NCBI GenBank assembly: GCA_963667035.1
Contig: OY762964.1
Location: forward strand, 2,528,001 to 2,592,000
Source: Candidatus Cloacimonadales bacterium
Lineage (GTDB): Bacteria; Cloacimonadota; Cloacimonadia; Cloacimonadales; JAFGVF01
Direction: 5' to 3'
Length of the DNA: 64,000 nt
Below the pieces are notes generated by a model. That model was not told the DNA's origin. It saw only the letters and a program-made list of their open reading frames with translations, and made no database searches. Shown one piece after another: positions 55,222 through 64,000 of the stretch (position 1 is its first letter; every line of letters begins with the position of its first letter). The position numbers were made by a program, and so were the translations under genes.

Positions 55222-56491
55222 ACCACTTCGAAACTCTTCCGGATTTTCGATTGTTCAGGTCTTGATTCTAATTATTCTGATCAGTATTCTCTTCCTAATA
55301 GCAATCACTCGGGAAATGATATACTACAAGAATGCTAAAAGGATAGAGAATAGATATCAGGCGTCACTAAATACAGAATCAACTCTAAACCAGTTATTAG
55401 ATAAGTTGGATGTACAAGACTTTTCTGAGAGTACATCCTCAAGTTACACATATCAAAATGGTGGTAGTTCTCAGTATGATGTGGACCTATGGGGATCTTT
55501 TTGGCGGATTGGAATAAAGTCACAACAGTCCGGACAAAAGCATTCAGATGAGTATCTTTTTGGTCAAAGAGTACCAGATGAGTACAACTATAGCTTTGTA
55601 GCTCTAAACCAAGATGCACCACTAAATGTTACCGGTGAGACAGTAATAACGGATTCGATTAAGACCGGGAAACGAGGATTGCTATTTTCTTCTTATGGAA
55701 ATCAAGCTTTTATCGGTGCAGTAACTGATACAGTACTTTCAGAAACTTTTAATAAGCTACCCACAGAAACAGATCATCTTCTCTCTTTCCTGAATGCTTT
55801 AAATCACTCATGTACTTTAGGTAGTAATTTGACATATCCACAAACAAGGGTTGGTGAACAGTATGTAGCTCAAGATAGTTTGTTGATATCTAATTTTAGC
55901 AACTCAGACCTTCTGAATAATGAAGTTATATTATCCCAAAGAAATATTCGAGTTTGCGAAGATGTTGAGTTACCACCATTCACTATCCTTATAGCTGATA
56001 GTTTGATGATAGAAGGTGATGTAAAAGGTAAAAATCTGATTCTATTCGGTAGACGATATGTTTCAATAAAAGGAAATACTAGCATTTCAGCCCAGATATT
56101 TTCCAATGGTGAAGTAGTCATAGCTGATAGTGCCAGAATCAAATATCCATCTGTTATCTTCGGTGATCCCATTGACGAGTGTGAGTTTCTTGTTTCAATG
56201 GAGGATAAATCAAGTTTCGCAGGAACAATACTTTATCTTGAAAGCGAGAAGAAGGTTGGGAAGCTTCTCGTTGCTGAAGATTCCGTTATCGATGGATTTG
56301 TCTATTTCGAAGGCAAATCTAACATTCTAGGAACAGTAAATGGTAACTGTATTGTAAAGGATCCCTTTTTTAAGAAGAAAACAACAACTTATCTAAATTG
56401 GTTGAAAGAGGGGAATTATAATCTCACCAACAGAATGGAACCTTTTATTATTCCGCTAGTCTTTGATAAAGCAAATGAGATTGTAAGATGA
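55208..56491 (+). CDS. Large minor pilin, PilX/GspK-like
   Basis: [11 protein letters not shown] prepilin-like N-terminus lacking Glu5; beta-rich C-terminal region. Confidence 0.6.
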   Translation: MLLIKPLRNSSGFSIVQVLILIILISILFLIAITREMIYYKNAKRIENRYQASLNTESTLNQLLDKLDVQDFSESTSSSYTYQNGGSSQYDVDLWGSFWRIGIKSQQSGQKHSDEYLFGQRVPDEYNYSFVALNQDAPLNVTGETVITDSIKTGKRGLLFSSYGNQAFIGAVTDTVLSETFNKLPTETDHLLSFLNALNHSCTLGSNLTYPQTRVGEQYVAQDSLLISNFSNSDLLNNEVILSQRNIRVCEDVELPPFTILIADSLMIEGDVKGKNLILFGRRYVSIKGNTSISAQIFSNGEVVIADSARIKYPSVIFGDPIDECEFLVSMEDKSSFAGTILYLESEKKVGKLLVAEDSVIDGFVYFEGKSNILGTVNGNCIVKDPFFKKKTTTYLNWLKEGNYNLTNRMEPFIIPLVFDKANEIVR

Positions 56492-56847
56492 AACATCGAC
56501 AACATAAACTAAACGATACAGGCTCTACTCTATATGAGACAATGGTTGCACTAATCTTACTCACTTTAGTAGTAGGTTTTACACTTCGAATATATTTGAA
56601 GTTTAACCTAAAGAAAACCGGTTTAAAGAAAACAAGTGCACTTTCTATTGCAATGAATGAGATGGAACAGTCATTATTCAGTGAGACTTTTACGGATTCT
56701 CTGTTTATACAGAATGATTTCATTGTAAAAAAAGAGATAGACTCTAAACAGAATCTCTTTATGGTGAAGATAGTCCCCCAAAACAAAACCAAATCAATAG
56801 TTGAGTTAAGATGCGTTGTACGAAATCAGAATCCGGTTTTACCTTAA
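56488..56847 (+). CDS. Minor pilin, PilV/GspI-like
   Basis: TG|STLYETMVAL prepilin motif. Confidence 0.7.
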   Translation: MKHRQHKLNDTGSTLYETMVALILLTLVVGFTLRIYLKFNLKKTGLKKTSALSIAMNEMEQSLFSETFTDSLFIQNDFIVKKEIDSKQNLFMVKIVPQNKTKSIVELRCVVRNQNPVLP

Positions 56848-57281
56848 TTGAAGTAATCATTGTTGCTACAATAACCCTTTTGATAGTGAGTTTTGTTATA
56901 TCGTACTTGCTTTTCATTGAAAAACAAAGAGTAGTCTCTGAACAGGAGCATCAACAAACCCAAAGACTTTCCACTATTCACAATCAGATCTTCTTTGATC
57001 TGAAGAAGTCTGATTCTATTGACATTATCTCAGATTCTCTATTGGTAATAACCGATGAATTGAGAACAACTGAATATAACTTTAGTGATGTTATTAGGCG
57101 TAATGGAAGGTTGGGGCATGATGATTTTAGAGTGAAGTCCTCGAGAATTAGATTGGTCTTTGATAGATGGAAAAATCCTTTTATCATGATTGACTTGACA
57201 CTAGTAAAAAACGATAAAGAGTTTGAGATCGCTATTAGAAGCAGAGTAAAGAAAGGGGAAAGGCATGAAACTGCCAGATAG
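56811..57281 (+). CDS. Minor pilin, PilW/GspJ-like
   Basis: SG|FTLIEVIIV prepilin motif. Confidence 0.75.
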   Translation: MRCTKSESGFTLIEVIIVATITLLIVSFVISYLLFIEKQRVVSEQEHQQTQRLSTIHNQIFFDLKKSDSIDIISDSLLVITDELRTTEYNFSDVIRRNGRLGHDDFRVKSSRIRLVFDRWKNPFIMIDLTLVKNDKEFEIAIRSRVKKGERHETAR

Positions 57282-58329
57282 ATTAACATTGATCGTTAAA
57301 CCTAAAGTAAGCTTTAAAGAATTGGTTGAATTTACCCGATTGTTATCAGTAATGCTGAAGTCACGAGTTCCCCTTTTACTTTCGTTAAAAACATTATCCA
57401 AGCAATCCGGGATTAAACTGGCTCGTGTACTTAACTCCCTAATCAGAAATCTTGAGCTCGGTAAAAGTTTCTCCGAATGTTTGTCAAAATATCCGGACAT
57501 ATTTTCTCTGCATTATGTTAAGATGATTGAAGTTGGGGAGAATACAGGTACTTTGTGGAAAGTTCTTCAAAAACAATCAGATTATTTAGAAAAAATTCAC
57601 CAAGTAAGGAGCAAGGTTTTTTTAGCACTTCTCTATCCAAGTATCATTGTTCTGGTCTCAATTGCAGCAATCATTTTTGTTATCACCTTTATTGTACCGG
57701 CATTTGCTGACATCTTTGCTGAGTTTAATGCAGAGTTACCATATGTGACCAAACTTCTGCTTCAAATCAGTCAATATATTGGCTACACAGTAGCATTATT
57801 AGTAATCCTAATATTATTACTAATAATGTTGTTTAAAACTAAGAAAGCACTTATGAACAATATTATCGGCAATTTAGTTAGTAAACTTCCTTTCATAGGT
57901 ACAATTCTTGAAAAGAATAATATGGCCCAGTTTTGTTATACTCTTGGTAACTTACTGCAAAGTGGAGTGAATATTTCAGATGCTTTATCAATCACTCAAG
58001 CATCAATATCTAATCCAGAAATTAAAGCTAAACTTTCAAAAGTGAGAAAAAAGGTTATTAAAGGTAAGGGGCTTGCCTATTCCTTGAAAGTTGCAGGGAT
58101 TTTCCCTGAAATCATTTATCAAATGACCAGCGTTGGGGAAGAAACGGCTAAAACTGATGAGGTTTTGCTACATTTAGCAGAGCTATATAATGATGAACTC
58201 GAATCATTGGTTGATACCTTAACAACTCTTATTGAACCGGTAATCATAACAGTTTTAGGTATTGTTATTGGATCAATACTAATATTGCTTTACCTTCCGA
58301 TGTTCGATCTCTTTACAAAAATCTATTGA
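57265..58329 (+). CDS. T2SS/T4P inner-membrane platform protein GspF/PilC
   Basis: FTRLLSVMLKS, VGENTGTL, ALLYP, VGEET, LIEP, LYLPMF. Confidence 0.92.
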   Translation: MKLPDRLTLIVKPKVSFKELVEFTRLLSVMLKSRVPLLLSLKTLSKQSGIKLARVLNSLIRNLELGKSFSECLSKYPDIFSLHYVKMIEVGENTGTLWKVLQKQSDYLEKIHQVRSKVFLALLYPSIIVLVSIAAIIFVITFIVPAFADIFAEFNAELPYVTKLLLQISQYIGYTVALLVILILLLIMLFKTKKALMNNIIGNLVSKLPFIGTILEKNNMAQFCYTLGNLLQSGVNISDALSITQASISNPEIKAKLSKVRKKVIKGKGLAYSLKVAGIFPEIIYQMTSVGEETAKTDEVLLHLAELYNDELESLVDTLTTLIEPVIITVLGIVIGSILILLYLPMFDLFTKIY

Positions 58330-58330
58330 G

Positions 58331-58777
58331 GTGATAATGGATAAAAAAAAGGTAATCCTAATTTTCTTGTCTATAGTTATTATTGTAGTATACATGAATT
58401 TTTTTAAACAACTTAGAAAACATAAAATCAATGAGAAGGAACTTACAATTCAAACAATAAAGCCGGTTGAAGAAGTTGAAGAGACGAAAAGAGATAGATT
58501 AAAGTTCACAGGTAACTATCCTGATCCATTCTTAGATAAGGATAAGAAGATTATTGCTCCGATTACAAAAAAATCCGAGAATAATCTAGATAACAATGAG
58601 AAACCACCCTTCATATTGAAAGGAATTATGGGTTCAACAGCAATAATCTCCAACGACGGTAGTACTGATTTTTACACATTGAATGAGATCGTAAGTGGTT
58701 GGAAAATAATATCTATGAAAGAAGACGAGATTGTTGTTAAGAAAAGTAAATCTATTCATACTATGTTTATACAGTGA
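58331..58777 (+). CDS. GspC/PilP-like assembly protein
   Basis: N-terminal TM, DPF motif, LKGIMG..AII..GWKIISM beta domain. Confidence 0.55.
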   Translation: MIMDKKKVILIFLSIVIIVVYMNFFKQLRKHKINEKELTIQTIKPVEEVEETKRDRLKFTGNYPDPFLDKDKKIIAPITKKSENNLDNNEKPPFILKGIMGSTAIISNDGSTDFYTLNEIVSGWKIISMKEDEIVVKKSKSIHTMFIQ

Positions 58778-58920
58778 CTAATTTCTTAATAATATCAAAT
58801 ATGCTTAACTCATGAGTTAAAGTTTTTAGCTCAAGTTTACCGACAAATCATGCAATATATGAGGCATATAATCGCTGTATATTGAGTTTTAGAAGAGAAG
58901 TCTATCTATGATCACATAAA

Positions 58921-58943
58921 AAGCCCTGCACACTGCAGGGCTT
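58921..58943. terminator. Intrinsic terminator of the 58967-60097 gene
   Basis: AAGCCCTGCA-CAC-TGCAGGGCTT with a 5' A-run. Confidence 0.75.
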
Positions 58944-58966
58944 CAATATATATACTTAATACCGTA

Positions 58967-60097
58967 CTACTCGTCGATAACCTCAACATTAGCACGAGGT
59001 ATAACAATTTTCTCACCGTTTTCAAGTTGTGCTTCAAGAACACGAACCCATGTTTCTGATTGTACTTGAGTAAGTTTCTCAGGTAATCCTGTAATCTTAC
59101 CAATGCTACCAAAATTAGGCTGTCTGATAACACGGATAGTAGAACCGACTTCAAGGGAAGGCATTCTAGCTTCTTTAACCTGTAGTTCATCTTCCTGGAA
59201 TTCAAGAGGAATAATAACTTCAGGTCTCATAACACCGGCACGAATCTGTGTTTTACCATGACATGAAGATTGCTTACCTTCAAAGCTCTTAAGTAAATCA
59301 AAGGTCTTGTGAGCCATATTAATAGGGCCAAAACCTTCAGTAACTATAATTGTAGTATTTATCTCTTCGTGACCTGTGATAGCAACACCGATATCATAAC
59401 CAAGAAGTTCTTTGATATCCTGATCTTCTATACCACCGGTAATGATTGCGGAAACGCCAAGGTCATTTGCTTTCTTGATAGCATCAAGAGTAACAAGGTC
59501 ACCGCCCACTACTATCTTACCTTTGCAAGCTTCTGTTATCATATTTGCTTCAAGAGTTTGATCAGGTTTGCTAACAAGAATTTTAATCTCACCGAAAGTT
59601 TCACCACCGATACCAAAGATACCTTGGATATAAGCGGATTTGTTTTCGATAACAACACCCTCTTCAGGGATAACTTCCGTTACAACGCCATCGATGAAAG
59701 CAAGAACCTGTATAGGAATTCTAGGCTCTCTGAGAAGCATCTGCCCTGTATGTTTAGAAATACTTTCAACTTCACCGTCTGTAGGTGATTCATAACTTGT
59801 TTTCCAGAATCCAAGACCTAAGAAACCTTTATTTTCGGCTAAAATCTGGTTTTTTTTAATCTCATCTCCCGGATTAACTTTAAGATAAGTCTGAAGCTGT
59901 TCGGCTGTACAACCCATTTTGTTGGCAAGTTTAACCGGAATGACGTTACCCGGTAAGAGTGTCTCAGCTACGAGATCTTCAGCTTTAACTTTATCGCCAA
60001 CCTTAACAAGGACTTTACCCTTGATAGGAAGTATTCTTTCTTTTCTTAGTACAATACTGTCAGTTACAGTCAATCCTGCTGAATATGCTTGTGCCAT
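58967..60097 (-). CDS. Conserved hypothetical protein (barrel-sandwich-hybrid-like repeats, C-terminal KOW-like) linked to glmL-like gene
   Basis: GKVLVKVGDKV, SPTDGEV, ITGHEE, TQIRAGVMRPE, PRANVE motifs. Confidence 0.75.
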   Translation of the reverse strand: MAQAYSAGLTVTDSIVLRKERILPIKGKVLVKVGDKVKAEDLVAETLLPGNVIPVKLANKMGCTAEQLQTYLKVNPGDEIKKNQILAENKGFLGLGFWKTSYESPTDGEVESISKHTGQMLLREPRIPIQVLAFIDGVVTEVIPEEGVVIENKSAYIQGIFGIGGETFGEIKILVSKPDQTLEANMITEACKGKIVVGGDLVTLDAIKKANDLGVSAIITGGIEDQDIKELLGYDIGVAITGHEEINTTIIVTEGFGPINMAHKTFDLLKSFEGKQSSCHGKTQIRAGVMRPEVIIPLEFQEDELQVKEARMPSLEVGSTIRVIRQPNFGSIGKITGLPEKLTQVQSETWVRVLEAQLENGEKIVIPRANVEVIDE

Positions 60098-60107
60098 TCT
60101 TTACCTC

Positions 60108-61970
60108 CTAATTCAACATTGTTTCCGGATATGCCTGGAATTCCTTCATCCATTTGAGGAGTCTAGGCACACGGTTTTGAGCTTCTACAGGTAAAACAAA
60201 CGGTCTTCTGCCACGAGTATCAAGAACGATACCGACAACACCACCATGGAGTTCTGTTTCAAGGTGCTGATTCTTACCGGCACCGACATCAAGACCACGA
60301 CCGGGTTTAAGAACAGCTTTAGCAGTTTCACCAACACCACAAGGAATAAGCCTGACTTCTCCGAATGGAATCTTCTCATCGAAGGTTGAACCGTCAGGTA
60401 GAGTAATGGTTGCTTCTAGAGCAATTGCATCTTCTTTAATCTTACCAACAGGAGCAACGCAAGTTCCAAGGTAAACCATACAGTCTTTATCAAATACTTC
60501 AGTAGCGGCTTCTTCATTAATAGAAGCAATCACACCAAGGTGAGGCATCATAAAGATTGAATCCACAGCAAGACGTGTAATACATTCAGGCAAGAATGCA
60601 TCAATCATCATCATAACAGTCTGGTTTCTACGAGGAGCATGTGATAACACACCACCTGAACCAACAAGCAAATCGAGTGTAGACATGTTTACGATTGTAG
60701 CACCGGTTTCACTCTGACTAAAAGCTTGTGATATATCACGTTGCTGTTGAGCACCTTTAAGGGAGACTGCAAACTCTTTATGCTGAATCAGAGCAAGACG
60801 TAAAGCTTCTTTAGCAATAGCCTGTTCAAGAACTAGTTCAGTTGCTTTAGCCGGGATAGTTGTAGGACGTATCATCTTATTCTTGATCATGTTACGGAGT
60901 TCTTTCTTATCAATGTCAAAAGGAACCCAACGTAAGATATTATCTAGTCCTGCTGATGCAAGAACATTGGATATTGAATAACTCATACCAAGGTTAGCAC
61001 TAACTGTACGGTTAAAGATATATTCATCAGTAAACACTGAGAAAACATCAGTAGTAGCACCACCAATATCAACACCAAGAACCTCAATCTGGTTCATCTT
61101 GGCGATAGTCTGCATAATATTACCAACAGCAGCAGGAGTAGGCATAATTGGCACAGTCTGGTGGTCGGGACCAATAGCCCAAGACATCAGTTTACTGTAA
61201 CCAGGAGCCTGTTGCATAACGTGTTCAAGGAAAAGATCATGAATCTTGTCACGAGCAGGTCCGAGATTCTCATGTTCAAGAGTAGGACGTAAGTTATCGC
61301 TGATAATAAGGTCTACTTTCTGATCAAGAGTTTCTTTAATCTCATCTACTGCCTTATTATTACCTGCAAAGATAACAGGGAGCTTATAAGACGAACCCAA
61401 ACGTGGGCGAGGGTCAGCAGCAGCAACCAACTCGGCCATTTCTACAACATGCTTGGTTGTTCCACCGTCAACACCACCAGCCATAAGAATCATATCCGGA
61501 CGAAGCTGTCTGATACGTTCAATTTTTTGGTGATTCATTCTCTTATCGTTAGAAGCAATAAGATCCATAACGATAGCACCGGCACCTAGAGCTGCACGTT
61601 CAGCACTTTCTCCGGTCATTTTTGCGACAACACCTGTCACCATCATCTGAAGTCCACCACCGGCAGAGGATGTAGACACATAAGCATCTGCACCTAAATC
61701 ACCATTACGTGGAATTATAAGACTTCCATCTTCGATGAATCTGATGTTATTATTATCATATTTTAATCGTGCAAGTTCTTCAAGCTCTTGCACAGCATTC
61801 AGGACACCTCTGGTAACATCGTTAAGAGGTGCTTCCACTGTTGTGGGTGACTCACCTCGAACGGTTTGACGATATTCACCGTCAATGTACTCAATGAGGA
61901 TCGCTTTGGTTGTGGTACTACCACAGTCCGTAGCAATAATCCTGGTAAGTTTCTCTTTGGGATATTGCAT
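60108..61970 (-). CDS. GlmL/MutL (glutamate mutase L)-like ASKHA-fold ATPase
   Basis: DCGSTTTKA, SSAGGGL, GGVDGG, MPTPAAV, DIGGATTDVFS, RTVSANLGM, GSGGVLSH. Confidence 0.85.
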   Translation of the reverse strand: MQYPKEKLTRIIATDCGSTTTKAILIEYIDGEYRQTVRGESPTTVEAPLNDVTRGVLNAVQELEELARLKYDNNNIRFIEDGSLIIPRNGDLGADAYVSTSSAGGGLQMMVTGVVAKMTGESAERAALGAGAIVMDLIASNDKRMNHQKIERIRQLRPDMILMAGGVDGGTTKHVVEMAELVAAADPRPRLGSSYKLPVIFAGNNKAVDEIKETLDQKVDLIISDNLRPTLEHENLGPARDKIHDLFLEHVMQQAPGYSKLMSWAIGPDHQTVPIMPTPAAVGNIMQTIAKMNQIEVLGVDIGGATTDVFSVFTDEYIFNRTVSANLGMSYSISNVLASAGLDNILRWVPFDIDKKELRNMIKNKMIRPTTIPAKATELVLEQAIAKEALRLALIQHKEFAVSLKGAQQQRDISQAFSQSETGATIVNMSTLDLLVGSGGVLSHAPRRNQTVMMMIDAFLPECITRLAVDSIFMMPHLGVIASINEEAATEVFDKDCMVYLGTCVAPVGKIKEDAIALEATITLPDGSTFDEKIPFGEVRLIPCGVGETAKAVLKPGRGLDVGAGKNQHLETELHGGVVGIVLDTRGRRPFVLPVEAQNRVPRLLKWMKEFQAYPETMLN

Positions 61971-61981
61971 ACACTCCTCCG

Positions 61982-63073
61982 CTATTGTTTTTTTATTTCA
62001 TCATTAATAATTATCTTTGGATTTAGAATTGCCAAATTACTGGCATAATCATAATCTACATCATTATCTAGGTCTGAAACATCTTTCTCAATGCTATCTA
62101 GTAATACTATCTTCTGTATTATTGCTTTTAAAACATTTACTGCAACACTATTACCAAACTGTTTATAAGCTTGAGAGGATGATTCATCAATAATAAAATC
62201 TTCAGGATATCCTTGGACTCTTGCACATTCTCTGGTACTTAGTTTTCTTACTTTCCCATTGATAAGATAAAGTCCCGTCTTAGAACCAACTCCCCCACCA
62301 TAAGCAGAGAGAGTAATTGCATGACCAAAAGGACTATAAATTCTTTCTCCTTGCCCACCTTTGTTAACATAACCAATTTGTATAGGTTTATTTGGCAAGA
62401 CTAAATTTCCAAACAAATCAGTGTCTGGTTTGTAATCTTTAGTAAATACAATATCTTCCCTTTCTACAACTTTTACATCTGAATTCGTACTCTCAATAAT
62501 GTCCAAAAGGCAAGTTGGTTTATGTGAAATTTTGGGAAACTCAAAATATGTAACTCTAAGGTCTTTTCTAAAGCAAACGAAATATATTCTTTCTCTATTC
62601 TGAGGAAGTCCATAATTCCCGGCATTCAGGACTTTATAATAAACTCTATAACCAACAGAATCTAATAGTTTCAGTACTACATTAAGAGTATCACCACCGT
62701 TATGACGTATAAAGTTTTTAACATTCTCAAGTAGCATTAACTTTGGTTTATGGTATTGGGCAATTCTAATAATATCGAAAAAGAGTGTACCTCTAACATC
62801 CTCAAATCCTAACTGCTTACCTGAAATAGAGAAGGCTTGACATGGAAACCCAGCACAAAGGATATCGTGTTTAGGTATATCCTCTTCTTTGATAAGAGTT
62901 ATGTCTCCTTCCGGTTTAATCCCATAATTTTTCTCATATAATTTAGCTGCGTGTTTATCCCATTCAGAAGCGAAAACACATTCAGCTCCCCAAGAGCTTA
63001 AAGCCTGATGAAAACCACCTATTCCTGCAAATAGGTCTATATATTTTGCATTATAAAAAAAATCATTCATCAA
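61982..63073 (-). CDS. C5 DNA cytosine methyltransferase, M.HhaI-like (probable GCGC)
   Basis: FAGIGG, GFPCQ, ENV, QNRERI motifs; target recognition domain KGGQGERIYS..AITLSAYGGG closely resembles M.HhaI. Confidence 0.93.
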   Translation of the reverse strand: MMNDFFYNAKYIDLFAGIGGFHQALSSWGAECVFASEWDKHAAKLYEKNYGIKPEGDITLIKEEDIPKHDILCAGFPCQAFSISGKQLGFEDVRGTLFFDIIRIAQYHKPKLMLLENVKNFIRHNGGDTLNVVLKLLDSVGYRVYYKVLNAGNYGLPQNRERIYFVCFRKDLRVTYFEFPKISHKPTCLLDIIESTNSDVKVVEREDIVFTKDYKPDTDLFGNLVLPNKPIQIGYVNKGGQGERIYSPFGHAITLSAYGGGVGSKTGLYLINGKVRKLSTRECARVQGYPEDFIIDESSSQAYKQFGNSVAVNVLKAIIQKIVLLDSIEKDVSDLDNDVDYDYASNLAILNPKIIINDEIKKQ

Positions 63074-63890
63074 ACAACTCTAGTGGATTTATTTTAAATT
63101 GCAAACTTCTTGGATCAGGAGTTCCACCCTTTCTCTGCATTGTAACTCTGCCAATTCTTAGACTACCACGAGGGCTAACCTCTGTATTACCTTGTGCATA
63201 ATGATTGCAAACATTATTTATATCTTTCAATATCCATTCAACGGAATGCTCCGACTCTTTTTTGGTCACTAAAAACCATTCCACACTTAGAGCTCCTCGC
63301 CCTTTGAGTATATCATTTATTATCAATATTTTGTTATTATCTATGAATGCAATTAACTCACATACATCTTTTTCAGGTAGTTCTGTTAAGAACAATCTTC
63401 TTTTATCTTTTAATTTGTCAATCTGAGTAGAAGTATAAATATCTGAAGGACTCAACTCACCGGTAAACAACTTCAGAGTTTTCTCTATATTATTATTGAA
63501 GCCCCACATTTTCTTGTAATTACTAACCGGTCTCTTATCAACTTGGTTGTATCCGGCATCACTATTGGCTTTTTTTAAAGATATATTTTCTGTATAGAGT
63601 ATGTTATCAATAAATATCTTCACTCTTATCTGTACATCTGCTTTTTTATATTTTATCGTTTGTTCAAATAATTCTTCAGTAACTCCAAGTTGAAGAGCTT
63701 TATTCATATTAATACGTGTTGGTATATGTATTGCATCAATATGCTCTATCTTTTTGTAATCATAACCCATAACAGAAAGCCAGTCTTGAGATACCGAATC
63801 ATTCTTAAAGTTAGAAAACTTCAGGCAAACATCTCTCTCATTGATAAATCCACCCTTTGCAGTTAATGAGCCTATTTCCGATTGAGTCAT
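63063..63890 (-). CDS. Type II restriction endonuclease, HinP1I-like
   Basis: GSLTAKGGFINE, KADVQ, NISLK, GYNQVDKR, DILKGRG, GRVTMQRKGG, LQFKINP, as recalled for R.HinP1I. Confidence 0.85.
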   Translation of the reverse strand: MTQSEIGSLTAKGGFINERDVCLKFSNFKNDSVSQDWLSVMGYDYKKIEHIDAIHIPTRINMNKALQLGVTEELFEQTIKYKKADVQIRVKIFIDNILYTENISLKKANSDAGYNQVDKRPVSNYKKMWGFNNNIEKTLKLFTGELSPSDIYTSTQIDKLKDKRRLFLTELPEKDVCELIAFIDNNKILIINDILKGRGALSVEWFLVTKKESEHSVEWILKDINNVCNHYAQGNTEVSPRGSLRIGRVTMQRKGGTPDPRSLQFKINPLELFDE

Positions 63891-64000
63891 TTAGAGTCCT
63901 TTCGATTATTAAACAATTTAGTCATATAGCTTTTAAACTTCTTACGTCGTTTCAATCTGATAGCACGCTTTTTCTCACGCTCTTCCCAATACATTTCATC
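63887..64000 (-). CDS. 3' end of an unidentified gene (truncated by window edge)
   Basis: Open frame DEMYWEEREKKRAIRLKRRKKFKSYMTKLFNNRKDSK*; its stop overlaps the endonuclease ATG (ATGA). Confidence 0.55.
   Translation of the reverse strand, partial: DEMYWEEREKKRAIRLKRRKKFKSYMTKLFNNRKDSK

Noticed and set aside
54823..58777. A complete T2SS or type IV pilus system
   Set aside because: No ATPase (GspE/PilB), secretin or prepilin peptidase in the window.
49627..58920. Prophage or ICE
   Set aside because: No integrase, phage structural or conjugation genes are present.

Overview
AT-rich bacterial chromosomal window. I infer a Cloacimonadota-like anaerobe from the several secreted proteins ending in 'NYPNPFNPETTI...KMILLK'-type C-terminal domains, a PorU-like C25 protein, a GlmL-like gene and butyrate kinase. 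Left to right it contains: housekeeping/transport genes; a sigma54-type promoter in front of a decayed surface-protein gene; a GH2/GH29/nucleotidyltransferase/GHMP-kinase sugar cluster; two paralogous lipoprotein genes, one with an IS4-type element upstream; a complete Na+-type F1Fo ATP synthase operon with both a normal c subunit and a triple-hairpin c subunit; T9SS-like PorU plus C10, C11 and adhesin cargo proteins; a frameshifted IS200; an orphan DnaA-box cluster at about 41.1 kb; buk and a CoA-persulfide reductase fusion; and an IS1182 inserted in a terminator. An island of about 9.3 kb follows, bounded by a diverged ~215-bp direct repeat. It holds two Rhs toxin/immunity cassettes (one frameshifted papain-like tip, one colicin-M-like tip) next to a partial T2SS/type IV pilus-like gene set. 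The window ends with a GlmL-like gene pair and a HinP1I/HhaI-like type II R-M system. No rRNA, tRNA or CRISPR array was recognised. Family assignments come from motif recognition by eye; no database search was run.
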